64,000 nt of DNA from Bacteroidales bacterium (GCA_025358455.1 JANYJP010000118.1:13906-77905); one strand, 5' to 3'. Positions 9,210 through 18,045 are shown, numbered from the stretch's first letter. Numbers and translations are program-made. The notes: generated by a model not told the origin, from the letters alone.

Positions 9210-10685
9210 TTAATATGACCTGGCAAAGAGAACCCGTCTCTTCGAAGGTTTCCCTGAATAGATGCATTTCCCTTCTTCATCAGGACTGTCAAAAGGAATA
9301 CACCGTATTGTGGCTTTTGATTCCTCTTTTATCTTTTCCTCGGTCTCGATTGTTCCATCCCAGTGAGCCATTATAAAACCTCCCGGATTATCAAGAGTTT
9401 TTAGAAAATCAGCCCAGGTGTTGACAAAGAAGGTGTTTTCTTTTCTGAAATTCAAAGCTTTATTGTAAATATTAGTTTGAATATCATCAAGAAGTTTTGG
9501 TATAAACTCATTTATCTTATCTATCGGTATAGTCTCCTTTGTAAGAGTGTCGCGTCTGGCAACTTCAATAGTTTTGTTTTCAAGGTCGCGTGGACCGATT
9601 GCCAGACGAACTGGTACCCCTTTCAGCTCATAATCAGCAAATTTCCATCCTGGTTTGTTATTATCCCTGTCATCATACTTCACTGAAATACCTTTCGCCT
9701 CAAGGTCAGCTTTGATTTTATTTGCAGTTTCCGACAGAACTGACAATTGCTCTGTATTTTTATATATAGGGATTATCACAACCTGGATTGGCGCCAGCTT
9801 CGGAGGTAAAACAAGTCCGTTGTTATCACCATGACCCATAATAATTGCACCCATTAATCTGGTTGACACCCCCCAGGAAGTAGCCCATACGTAATCAAGC
9901 TTCCCTGTTTTATCAGTAAACTGAACATCAAAAGCTTTGGCAAAATTTTGTCCCAGGAAATGACTTGTACCTGCCTGCAAAGCCTTTCCGTCCTGCATAA
10001 GGGCTTCAATTGCGTAAGTGTCGATTGCGCCTGCAAATCGCTCATTTTCACTTTTATATCCCTTTATTACCGGTAGAGCCATAGAGTTCTCGGCAAAACT
10101 TGCATAAACGTTTATCATCTTTTCAGTTTCTTCAACAGCTTCTTCGCGGGTAGCATGGGCAGTGTGACCCTCCTGCCACAGGAATTCTGTGGTTCTGAGG
10201 AATAGTCTTGTACGCATTTCCCATCTTACAACATTTGCCCATTGATTAATAAGGATTGGAAGGTCCCTGTACGAATGAATCCAGTTTTTGTACGAATGCC
10301 AGATTATTGTTTCTGAAGTCGGACGGATTATCAGCTCCTCCTCAAGTTTTGCTGTCGGATCAACCACAATTCCATTCCCGTTTTCATCATTTTTAAGACG
10401 ATAATGAGTTACAACAGCACACTCTTTTGCAAATCCTGCAACATGTGCTGCCTCTTTGCTGAAGAAAGACTTTGGAATAAATAATGGGAAATATGCGTTA
10501 ACATGCCCTGTTGCTTTAAAAAGTCTGTCAAGTTCAGCCTGTATCTTTTCCCAGATTGCATAGCCGTAAGGTTTTATAATCATACATCCCCGAACCGCTG
10601 AATTCTCTGCAAGATCTGCTTTGATAACCAAGTCGTTATACCATTGAGAATAATTCTCTTCCTTGTTAGTTAAAAACTTCGCCAT
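9210..10685 (-). CDS. proS: Proline--tRNA ligase (archaeal/eukaryotic-type class II)
   Basis: 491 aa. Class II core and C-terminal zinc-type domain, ending ...RRVLFARSY, as in Bacteroidota ProRS. Confidence 0.95.
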   Translation of the reverse strand: MAKFLTNKEENYSQWYNDLVIKADLAENSAVRGCMIIKPYGYAIWEKIQAELDRLFKATGHVNAYFPLFIPKSFFSKEAAHVAGFAKECAVVTHYRLKNDENGNGIVVDPTAKLEEELIIRPTSETIIWHSYKNWIHSYRDLPILINQWANVVRWEMRTRLFLRTTEFLWQEGHTAHATREEAVEETEKMINVYASFAENSMALPVIKGYKSENERFAGAIDTYAIEALMQDGKALQAGTSHFLGQNFAKAFDVQFTDKTGKLDYVWATSWGVSTRLMGAIIMGHGDNNGLVLPPKLAPIQVVIIPIYKNTEQLSVLSETANKIKADLEAKGISVKYDDRDNNKPGWKFADYELKGVPVRLAIGPRDLENKTIEVARRDTLTKETIPIDKINEFIPKLLDDIQTNIYNKALNFRKENTFFVNTWADFLKTLDNPGGFIMAHWDGTIETEEKIKEESKATIRCIPFDSPDEEGKCIYSGKPSKRRVLFARSY

Positions 10686-10693
10686 TATATTTG
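10686..10693 (+). promoter_or_regulatory. -7 box TATATTTG facing away from proS
   Basis: Exact TAnnTTTG immediately beyond the proS start codon, on the opposite strand. It would drive the short transcript ended by the hairpin at 10811-10835. Confidence 0.35.
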
Positions 10694-10787
10694 GTATGGT
10701 ATTTGTTTAATTAATTTTAAGAAAATAGATTTCGTAAAAATAAATAAAAAGTTCAGTTATTATTCAAAAAAGGAAGGTAGGTTCATC

Positions 10788-10856
10788 ATGAAAGCAAAAT
10801 TACTCACAGTAGAGCCTCACAAAGAGGCTTTTTTCATCAGATTAGTGTATTTATGA
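10788..10856 (+). CDS. Possible 22-codon small ORF (MKAKLLTVEPHKEAFFIRLVYL)
   Basis: ATG preceded by the purine-rich AAGGAAGG. The ORF overlaps the terminator hairpin. Not in the track (<60 aa). Coding status unproven. Confidence 0.2.
   Translation: MKAKLLTVEPHKEAFFIRLVYL
10811..10835 (+). terminator. Orphan intrinsic terminator between proS and the low-complexity lipoprotein gene
   Basis: Stem AGCCTC / GAGGCT (10813-10818 and 10824-10829), extendable by G-U and A-U pairs. Loop ACAAA, followed by TTTTTT. Confidence 0.55.
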
Positions 10857-10953
10857 ATGTTAAATTTTGTAAATACTAAAAAGTAAGGTTGGGAATTTGT
10901 TTCTTTGGTACAGTATTTGCGTGTTAAAAAGAAAACTATAGGGGGAAAATAAA

Positions 10954-12489
10954 ATGAAAACTTTATCTTACATCTTAGTCCTTGCACTCCTGAGCCTTGG
11001 ATCGTGTACATCAAGTCTTTATACGGGTGCAGAATATGATGACCTTTACTATCAGTCTACTGATAAGCCAATTGTGAAAGTCAGGCCATCAGTTGATGAT
11101 CAGATTTCTAAAGGTAATTTAAAGCCCGGGGATTATTATGATAATAAATATGCTGCAGATACTTTAGTTTCTGACGATTATTCCAATGCGGTTGATTATA
11201 ATAATCAGGTTATTGATAATAATAACTATGATAATAATGGAGGAGGATATGATTATTATAACAATTACTCATATACCGGGAGGTTAAGGAACTTTTACGG
11301 GAATTATTTTGATCCTTACTGGAGAGATCCTTTCTATTTTAGCTCTGGCTATCCATATTCCGGATATGATGGTTTTGGTTACGGGGGCTACCCTTATAAT
11401 TATGGTGGCGGTTTCGGTATGGATCCATATTCCTGGAACCATTATTATGATTATGGTTTTGGTTATGGATATGGTGGTTATGGATATGGTGGTTATGGAT
11501 ATGGTGGTTATTATGGAGGGTATTATGGTGGCTATGGCTCAATGTTTTCTCCATATTACTATGGCAGTTCTTATCTTCATAATGAAGGTAATCACTATGC
11601 ATCATATGGCAGAAGAGAAAGGCCAAGTTCACTTTCTTCAAAGTGGAATTCTAACTCCGGTGGCCTTGCTTCCTCAAGAAGAGGTTCATATGCTTCATCT
11701 GGTTCAAACTCAGGTGTTGGAAGGAGATTATCCACAGGTAATCAGGCTATTGCATCTGATCAGAGAAGATCCAATTCTTCCGCGGTTAATTCGCAACAGG
11801 CAGGTACCCAGGTAAATAGAAGGGCAGCTCAGAATCAGACCAATTCAGGGACAGTCCGTTCAAATTCATCTTCCACCCAGAGAAACGCTGCAAACGTAAG
11901 ATCTGAATATAATAATGCCAACAGAACTTATACCCCCAGTTATAGTAGTCCGCGTATGAGCACCAGACCATCATATAACAATAGCAGATCATCAGGAACC
12001 GCCAATCCCGGTTATAGCAGGAATGGTGGCGCAATTAATAGCAGCAGAGCAAATAGTAATTCAGGTAATGTAAGAACCCCTTCAAATCAGGGAACTTACC
12101 AGAATCCATCTAATAGCACAAGAAGTAATTCAAATAGTAGTTCAGGACAAAGAAGGACAGATTCACCTTCAGGATATAATGCTCCGGCAAATGTAAACCG
12201 GGCGGGCTCTAACAGCTATTATGCCCCATCCGGTGCAAGCAGATCCAGTTCAAACAGAAGCTCAGGAAGCTATTCAGTACCCTCAAGAAGCAATGTAGGA
12301 TCAAGTAACTCATCAGGTTCATATCAGTCTTCAGGAAGCAGCAGATCTTATAACAGCGGATCTTCAGGTTCTTCTTCGGGAGGTTCAAACTCATCAGGTT
12401 CTTCCTCCAGATCTTCAGGAAGTTCTTCAGGAAGTTCTTCCGGAGGTGGTTCTTCATCAGGAGGTTCTTCATCGGGCGGCAGGAGATAG
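10954..12489 (+). CDS. Low-complexity lipoprotein: lipobox, Asp/Asn/Tyr segment, Gly/Tyr core, long Ser/Asn/Arg/Gly tail
   Basis: Signal peptide with lipobox LSLGSC (Cys18). The core at nt 11347-11538 has 48 Gly or Tyr among 64 residues by my count. Residues ~215-511 have almost no hydrophobic residues and end in (S3-4 G2-3) repeats. The frame stays open for 511 codons despite the repeats. Confidence 0.8.
   Translation: MKTLSYILVLALLSLGSCTSSLYTGAEYDDLYYQSTDKPIVKVRPSVDDQISKGNLKPGDYYDNKYAADTLVSDDYSNAVDYNNQVIDNNNYDNNGGGYDYYNNYSYTGRLRNFYGNYFDPYWRDPFYFSSGYPYSGYDGFGYGGYPYNYGGGFGMDPYSWNHYYDYGFGYGYGGYGYGGYGYGGYYGGYYGGYGSMFSPYYYGSSYLHNEGNHYASYGRRERPSSLSSKWNSNSGGLASSRRGSYASSGSNSGVGRRLSTGNQAIASDQRRSNSSAVNSQQAGTQVNRRAAQNQTNSGTVRSNSSSTQRNAANVRSEYNNANRTYTPSYSSPRMSTRPSYNNSRSSGTANPGYSRNGGAINSSRANSNSGNVRTPSNQGTYQNPSNSTRSNSNSSSGQRRTDSPSGYNAPANVNRAGSNSYYAPSGASRSSSNRSSGSYSVPSRSNVGSSNSSGSYQSSGSSRSYNSGSSGSSSGGSNSSGSSSRSSGSSSGSSSGGGSSSGGSSSGGRR
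11461..11505 (+). repeat. Perfect 3 x 15-bp in-frame tandem repeat (GGTTATGGATATGGT)3 encoding (GYGYG)3
   Basis: Read directly from 11461-11505. A diverged fourth unit follows. Confidence 0.95.
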
Positions 12490-12567
12490 ACAATACCAAT
12501 ATTGATTTATTACAATATTCCATTCTGAATTCATGAGTGCAGGGTAGATTTTATAAAATAAAATAAA

Positions 12568-14061
12568 ATGAAAAGAATAAGTTTAATAATATTAGCGGTT
12601 TTATCTGTGTCTGCCGGGGTTTTTGCCCAGAACGTTGATGATGCTCTGAGGTATTCACAGATATTTTATGGAGGAACAGCCAGGTTTATGTCAATGGGTG
12701 GCGCATTCACCGCTCTCGGTGGAGACATATCATCCTTAAGTCAAAACCCTGCAGGGCTGGGAGTTTTCAGATCGTCTGAATTTACAATAACTCCACAGCT
12801 TTTCAATATCAGGACATCCGCAGGATTCAATGGTACAAGTTCAGATTATCTGTATAATTTTAACCTTAACCAGATAGGGTTTGTAAGCAACCTGATATCA
12901 AACGACAAACAGTCCGGCCTAATTACACTGAATATTGGTTATTCATTCAACAAAACCAATAATCTGAACCAGAGTGTAATTATACATGGGAATAATAATT
13001 CAAGTTCAATGGCAGATTACTGGGCAGGAATAAGCGACGGCTGGCGTAAGGATGAACTTGCCAAAGAAGTTCCTGTAGGCTTTATTGCTAACAGATCATT
13101 TATAATTGATACACTTTCGGGCTCAAGTAATCATTATGGAACAGTTTTCTCAAATTATGGCGACAATACACCTTCAGTATATGGGCAAAACGTCAGAAGA
13201 ATAATATCAAACGAGGGATATGTCGGAGAACATGCAATTTCAATAGGTGGAAATTATTCGAATAAGATATTTTTCGGAGCTACGCTTGGTATAAGCAAGC
13301 TTCGGTATACCAGCCATTTCGAGCACCTCGAATCAACTGATCTGAATCTGCCTTCAGCAATAAAGAACTTTACCTATACTGACCATTTTGAAGATTCAGG
13401 AACAGGGTATTCTCTTAAGGTTGGAGCAATAATCAAACCGGTTGAGACTGTACGTATTGGTCTTGCATTTCATTCACCTACATGGTATCGTATAAATGAG
13501 TATTTCTATGAGAATCTCACATCGAACTTTACTGATGGTGGTCATTATGAATATTCCAACAATCCTATGAGATTTCAATACGCCCTTGCCACTCCTTTCA
13601 GAGCATTGGCCGGAGTTGCTGTACAGATCAAGAAGATTGGCCTTATCAGCGTTGATTATGAGTATGTTGATTATAGTACTGCTCGTTTTAAACAGACAGG
13701 TGACGGGTATGATTATAGCGAAAAGAACATGAATATTAAAAACAGCCTCAAGTCGGCTGGCAATATCCGTCTTGGGGGTGAACTCAGACTGAACAAATTA
13801 TATCTCAGAACCGGTTATGGTTATTATGGCAAAGCATTTAAACCGGGTGAAGATAATTCAAACCTTGACTACCGGACAGTATCATTTGGGGCTGGATTTC
13901 GTGAACAAAGAGTTTCGATAGACTTTGCATTTACTAATTACAAGTATACCGAGAAATATTTTCTCTATGCCCTTGACAGCAGCTTCGATCCAGCTGTAGC
14001 AAATTTAAATACTTTAAAAAACATGTTCACAGTAACCTTAGGTTATAAATTTGGGTATTAA
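12568..14061 (+). CDS. FadL/TodX/PorV-like outer-membrane beta-barrel protein
   Basis: Signal peptide ending VFAQ. N-terminal plug-type motif GGAFTALGGDISSLSQNPAGLG (the NPA-containing motif of the FadL superfamily). Alternating beta-strand pattern. C-terminal aromatic TLGYKFGY. Confidence 0.7.
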   Translation: MKRISLIILAVLSVSAGVFAQNVDDALRYSQIFYGGTARFMSMGGAFTALGGDISSLSQNPAGLGVFRSSEFTITPQLFNIRTSAGFNGTSSDYLYNFNLNQIGFVSNLISNDKQSGLITLNIGYSFNKTNNLNQSVIIHGNNNSSSMADYWAGISDGWRKDELAKEVPVGFIANRSFIIDTLSGSSNHYGTVFSNYGDNTPSVYGQNVRRIISNEGYVGEHAISIGGNYSNKIFFGATLGISKLRYTSHFEHLESTDLNLPSAIKNFTYTDHFEDSGTGYSLKVGAIIKPVETVRIGLAFHSPTWYRINEYFYENLTSNFTDGGHYEYSNNPMRFQYALATPFRALAGVAVQIKKIGLISVDYEYVDYSTARFKQTGDGYDYSEKNMNIKNSLKSAGNIRLGGELRLNKLYLRTGYGYYGKAFKPGEDNSNLDYRTVSFGAGFREQRVSIDFAFTNYKYTEKYFLYALDSSFDPAVANLNTLKNMFTVTLGYKFGY

Positions 14062-14084
14062 TACTTTTTGATGACTTCCTTTGG

Positions 14085-14118
14085 AGGTGGCTGTCTTATT
14101 TAAGATAGCCACCTTTTT
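14085..14118 (+). terminator. Intrinsic terminator after the FadL-like gene
   Basis: Stem AGGTGGCTGTC / GATAGCCACCT (11 bp including one G-T pair), loop TTATTTAA, then TTTTT. Confidence 0.7.
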
Positions 14119-14169
14119 CTATAGTAATTTCTTCATTATCTTTTAACTACAGAGTTACGCTGGTTCCGG

Positions 14170-14181
14170 TAGCTATCGGGA
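14170..14181. repeat. REP-like motif copy A (TAGCTATCGGGA)
   Basis: Exact 12-mer shared with 35093-35104 and 47964-47975. Centred on the palindrome TAGCTA, with CCGG..CGGG flanks. Intergenic, 3' of two convergent genes. Confidence 0.8.
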
Positions 14182-14198
14182 TCAGGGAGTTACACTGT

Positions 14199-14804
14199 TT
14201 AGAGATAGTTCCTTGATTCCGGTCCCAGATTAAATATCAGATCAACAATGCTGAGATTAGGAACAAAACCACTGTCATTGTTAAATACCTGGATGTACTT
14301 ATTTACCTGGAAGGAAGACTCTTTTTTTGGAGTGACTTTATATCTGAAGTCATTTGGATTTACGCCGGGAGTCTCAAAATGAGTAGTATAAGAAATTATC
14401 TTTTCTAATCTGAGTATTTTAACGACTGAATCTATGAGAGCTTTATTAAGATCAAGAAGGAACTCATGATTTTCAGAAATTATCTTTTCAATATTTTCAA
14501 AGTAGAATTCAAAGTATGGCGATGAACTATATGACGCAGTCATTGCTCTTAAATGTACCTGTTGCCATCTTTTGGAATAATCGATTCTTATTTCCTTTAT
14601 TGGAGTTTTATGAAGACTGCCCAGGTAAACCGGTACCGAAAGCAGCTGGGGTCCATGTGCAGAAAGTATATAACATCTGTTCCGGTAGGTCTGTTTCAGG
14701 TAATTCTCTTCTTTTTCAATGAATATTTCATCTGCTTCTGAAATGGATGAGAAGTAATCAACCGGGGGTAAGTATGCTGTTGAAATCAGTATTTTCCCTG
14801 CCAT
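14199..14804 (-). CDS. WbqC-family protein
   Basis: 201 aa. N-terminus ILISTAYLPPVDYF and overall length typical of the WbqC-like family, called from memory of the family. Confidence 0.7.
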   Translation of the reverse strand: MAGKILISTAYLPPVDYFSSISEADEIFIEKEENYLKQTYRNRCYILSAHGPQLLSVPVYLGSLHKTPIKEIRIDYSKRWQQVHLRAMTASYSSSPYFEFYFENIEKIISENHEFLLDLNKALIDSVVKILRLEKIISYTTHFETPGVNPNDFRYKVTPKKESSFQVNKYIQVFNNDSGFVPNLSIVDLIFNLGPESRNYL

Positions 14805-14814
14805 TGCAAAAATG

Positions 14815-15564
14815 TCACTTCATATTATTAATCATACTTGCAGAGAACCCTGCTCCGAATCCATTATCGATATTCACAACCGTAACACCTGTTGAACAGC
14901 TTGTAAGCATCGCAAGCAGAGCTGAGATGCCTCCGAAATTGGCACCATAGCCAACACTGGTAGGTACGGCAATAACAGGTTTGTCAACAAGTCCGCCGAC
15001 AACACTGGCCAGGGCGCCCTCCATACCGGCTATTACTACTATAACTCTGCAACTTCTGATTTCAGGAAGCTTATCAACAAGCCTGTGAATACCGGCAACC
15101 CCGGCATCATAAATTCTTAATACTTTATTTCCGAGAAGCTCTGCAGTTATAGCTGCTTCTTCTGCTATTGGAATATCTGATGTGCCTGCTGTTATAACTG
15201 CAATACTTGTTTTGGGTGAAGCGGGTTTTTTCTTCTGAACCGATATTATCCTGGCTATAGGGTAATAAATGGCGGCAGGCAGAATGCTTTTTACCGCGTC
15301 AAACATTTCCTGGTTAGCCCTTGTACCGATTACATTATTCTCCCGCTCCGACATCACTCTGACTATTTCTTTCACCTGATCAACTGATTTGCCGGCACAA
15401 TAAATGATTTCAGGGTAACCTGTCCGCATTTCACGATGATGATCAATTCTGGCAAAACCCAGATCAGTATATGGAAAATCCTTCAGTACCTTCAGAGCTT
15501 CTTCGATGGTTGTTTTTCCGTTTTTTACATTCTTAAGCAGTTTTTCAACTTCATTGATATTCAT
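14815..15564 (-). CDS. larB: Nickel-pincer cofactor biosynthesis protein LarB (PurE-like carboxylase/hydrolase)
   Basis: Motifs TAGTSDIPIAEEA, DAGVAGIHRL, AGMEGALASVVGGLV, PTSVGYGANFGGISALLAMLTSC and VVNIDNGFGA. Confidence 0.85.
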   Translation of the reverse strand: MNINEVEKLLKNVKNGKTTIEEALKVLKDFPYTDLGFARIDHHREMRTGYPEIIYCAGKSVDQVKEIVRVMSERENNVIGTRANQEMFDAVKSILPAAIYYPIARIISVQKKKPASPKTSIAVITAGTSDIPIAEEAAITAELLGNKVLRIYDAGVAGIHRLVDKLPEIRSCRVIVVIAGMEGALASVVGGLVDKPVIAVPTSVGYGANFGGISALLAMLTSCSTGVTVVNIDNGFGAGFSASMINNMK

Positions 15565-15741
15565 AACACTTTATTTTCAGGGTTTGAGCTTCCTGTTCTG
15601 TATCCTTCAAGGTCCAAAGATACATATCTGAATCCTATTTTTTTCAGACTGGCTTTAATATGTTCCCTGTCAGGACTATGGCCTCCTCAATTTCACGTGC
15701 CGGGATATATGGTGTTCTGATAGTTATTGCAACCTTTTGCC
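15561..15741 (-). pseudogene. larE: Vestige of larE (C-terminal tail only, frameshifted)
   Basis: My minus-strand translation of 15686-15561: GGHSPDREHIKASLKKIGFRYVSLDLEGYRTGSSNPENKVL*. Its TGA overlaps the larB ATG (TTATGA). GFxYVxLDLxGYRxGS is the conserved LarE C-terminal tail, as I recall it. An in-frame stop sits at 15689-15687. A further LarE-like stretch (RTPYIPAREIEEAI) lies in another frame. About 180 nt remain where about 800 nt would be expected. Confidence 0.5.
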
Positions 15742-16923
15742 TCACGCCTCTTCCTTCTTAACTAAAACTGCCATAATATTATTGTACACCTCCTTGAGAG
15801 GAATACTCTTTTCCTCAGCAATCCTCTTACAATCATCATATTCCGGTTTACATGAAACTTCTTTTTCCTGATAGTATGATCGTTTAACCTTTACATCCCC
15901 ATATATAGTCGGAATTGATTCAAACTTTCTTGTAAGAGTATCTTTATTAAAAATGAATGACCTGATACCCAATGAACTGGATTCAGTAAAAATTATTCCC
16001 TTTAATGATTCTGCTGATCCTGTTTCGCAGATTACATTTAAAACAATTCCAGGTCTGCTTTTTTTCATTATTATATTTGATAAAAACACATCTGATGCCC
16101 CGGCTTTAAAGAGCCTTTCGGATATAAACTCAAAAAACTCAGGGTTCATATCATCAATGTTACATTCAAGTTGCAGAGCGTTATGGCCGGTCTCAGGTTT
16201 GGATACAATTTCACCAAGGAACACTCTTAACAGATTTGGAACATCAGGATTCTCTTTTTGTCCGACCCCGTAAGCAGTTTTCTCAATTTTCAAAGGCAGA
16301 TCCGGGGCTGAATCAGTTACAAGAGCGGACAGAATTGCTGCCCCTGTTGGTGTTGTAGCTTCAAAACCCACACCTCCTGTTTTTACAGGAAGACCTTTAA
16401 TGATCTCTGATGTAGCAGGGGCAGGCACCGGAAGTTTTCCATGATCGCAATTAACGAAACCACTTCCCAGTTCAATGGTCGACACATGAACTCCGTCGAC
16501 CTTTAAAGCATTAAAACAGATGGCAGCCCCAACAATATCAATTATTGAATCAACAGCTCCAACCTCATGAAAATGGACATGATCTATTGAAATTCCATGT
16601 ACAGTTGACTCTGCAACTGCAATCTTCATGAATATCTTGAGGCTTAATTCTTTAACTGACTGCTCAAGTGCCGAATCATTTATAATCTTCTCTATATCCG
16701 ATAAATGTCTGTGAGCATGTTCATGCCTGGTCTGTTTTACCGTAACTTTTGTACCTGTTATACCATGTCGCTGGTCTTTCTGTACAACAAGCTCCCAGCC
16801 TTCAAGGTTGAGTTTGTTGAGTTCGGTTATCAGATATCCTTTGTCAATACCCAGATCGATCATAGCTCCAAGATTCATGTCTCCGCTGATACCAGAGAAA
16901 CAATCATATGAGATAATTTTCAT
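15742..16923 (-). CDS. larC: Nickel insertion protein LarC (DUF111), single unsplit ORF
   Basis: N-terminus YDCFSGISGDMNLGAMIDLG. HEVGAVDSIIDIVG. 393 aa. Confidence 0.85.
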   Translation of the reverse strand: MKIISYDCFSGISGDMNLGAMIDLGIDKGYLITELNKLNLEGWELVVQKDQRHGITGTKVTVKQTRHEHAHRHLSDIEKIINDSALEQSVKELSLKIFMKIAVAESTVHGISIDHVHFHEVGAVDSIIDIVGAAICFNALKVDGVHVSTIELGSGFVNCDHGKLPVPAPATSEIIKGLPVKTGGVGFEATTPTGAAILSALVTDSAPDLPLKIEKTAYGVGQKENPDVPNLLRVFLGEIVSKPETGHNALQLECNIDDMNPEFFEFISERLFKAGASDVFLSNIIMKKSRPGIVLNVICETGSAESLKGIIFTESSSLGIRSFIFNKDTLTRKFESIPTIYGDVKVKRSYYQEKEVSCKPEYDDCKRIAEEKSIPLKEVYNNIMAVLVKKEEA

Positions 16924-17118
16924 GTTACAGAAAAGATTATATTACATATAAATATCAACAACTAAATTAGCAGAATGTTAAACCCTTCGTTTTAAAAGCA
17001 CAATATCAAAAATCATGTTGCGAATATACTACTTACAATCTTTACGGAATAATAAAAAAAAATTGTATTTTTCGGCGCTTATAACCGATTCAATTGAAAT
17101 AATAAATTCATACTAAAT

Positions 17119-18039
17119 ATGAAAAGACGAGATTTTTTCAAAACATCAGTAGGTGCAGGGTTGGCAGCTGGGGCAGCATTAAGTCTGGGAGGATATAGCA
17201 AGCTGTGGGCATCAACACCTCCGGGTGCGAAATATGATATGGTCGCTGTTATGGGTGGAAATCCTGATGCAATGTTCGACCTTGCAATACAGGAACTGGG
17301 GGGAATGGGAACTTTTATTCAGAAAGGCCAAAAAGTACTGATCAAGCCTAATATAGGATGGGATGTAATACCGGAACTTGCAGCTAATACAAATCCGCTG
17401 CTTGTAAAAAGGATTATTGAACACTGCTTCAAAGCAGGAGCAAAGGAAGTATATGTCTATGACCATACCTGCGATAACTGGGTTAACTGTTATAAAAATT
17501 CCGGAATAGAGAAAGCTGCAAAAAGCGCCGGAGCAAAGGTAGTACCAGGTAACTCTGAGAGCTATTACCACGAAATTAGCATTCCGGGCGGTGTAAAACT
17601 TCAGAAAGCAAAGGTTCACCAGCTTCTTTTGGAAACAGATGTTTTTATTAATGTTCCTGTTCTTAAAGACCATAGTTCAACCAAAATGACTTGTTGTCTG
17701 AAGAATTCTATGGGTCTTGTCTGGGACAGAGAATACTGGCATTCTAATAACCTGAACCAGTGTATTGCCGATTATGCATTGTATGAAAAGAAACCGGCAC
17801 TTAATGTCATAGATTGTTACAATGTAATGGTTAAACATGGTCCACAGGGAGTTTCAAAAGAAGATATTGTATTAATGAAATCACAGATACTGACAACTGA
17901 CTGGGTAGCCGGTGATGCTGCTGCTGCCAAAATGCTAAAGATTCCTGTTGAAACTATTGAATATATTCCGATCGCACATAAAATGGGGTTGGGGAATATG
18001 AACCTTGATTCCCTGAATATTAAAAGAATTAAAATGTAA
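17119..18039 (+). CDS. Tat-signal DUF362-domain protein
   Basis: Twin-arginine leader MKRRDFFKTSVGAGLAAGAALSLGG. The remainder resembles the DUF362 family (KPNIGW..., VPVLKDHS...). Confidence 0.7.
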   Translation: MKRRDFFKTSVGAGLAAGAALSLGGYSKLWASTPPGAKYDMVAVMGGNPDAMFDLAIQELGGMGTFIQKGQKVLIKPNIGWDVIPELAANTNPLLVKRIIEHCFKAGAKEVYVYDHTCDNWVNCYKNSGIEKAAKSAGAKVVPGNSESYYHEISIPGGVKLQKAKVHQLLLETDVFINVPVLKDHSSTKMTCCLKNSMGLVWDREYWHSNNLNQCIADYALYEKKPALNVIDCYNVMVKHGPQGVSKEDIVLMKSQILTTDWVAGDAAAAKMLKIPVETIEYIPIAHKMGLGNMNLDSLNIKRIKM

Positions 18040-18045
18040 TTCCTG

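Noticed and set aside
11309-11815. Alternative-frame and antisense ORFs across the Gly/Tyr region. They include a striking His-rich antisense ORF (11339-11641, HNHHIHNHHIHNHHIHN) and a Met/Val-rich plus-strand ORF.
   Set aside because: They are frame or strand shadows of the GGT/TAT/GGA repeat DNA. Only the 10954-12489 frame has a signal peptide, a sensible start context and a 511-codon open frame.
12209-12523. Antisense ORF (KNLLMKNHLRKNFLKNFLK...) over the Ser-rich tail.
   Set aside because: It is the reverse-complement shadow of the TCT/TCA/GGA serine/glycine repeats. No independent start context.
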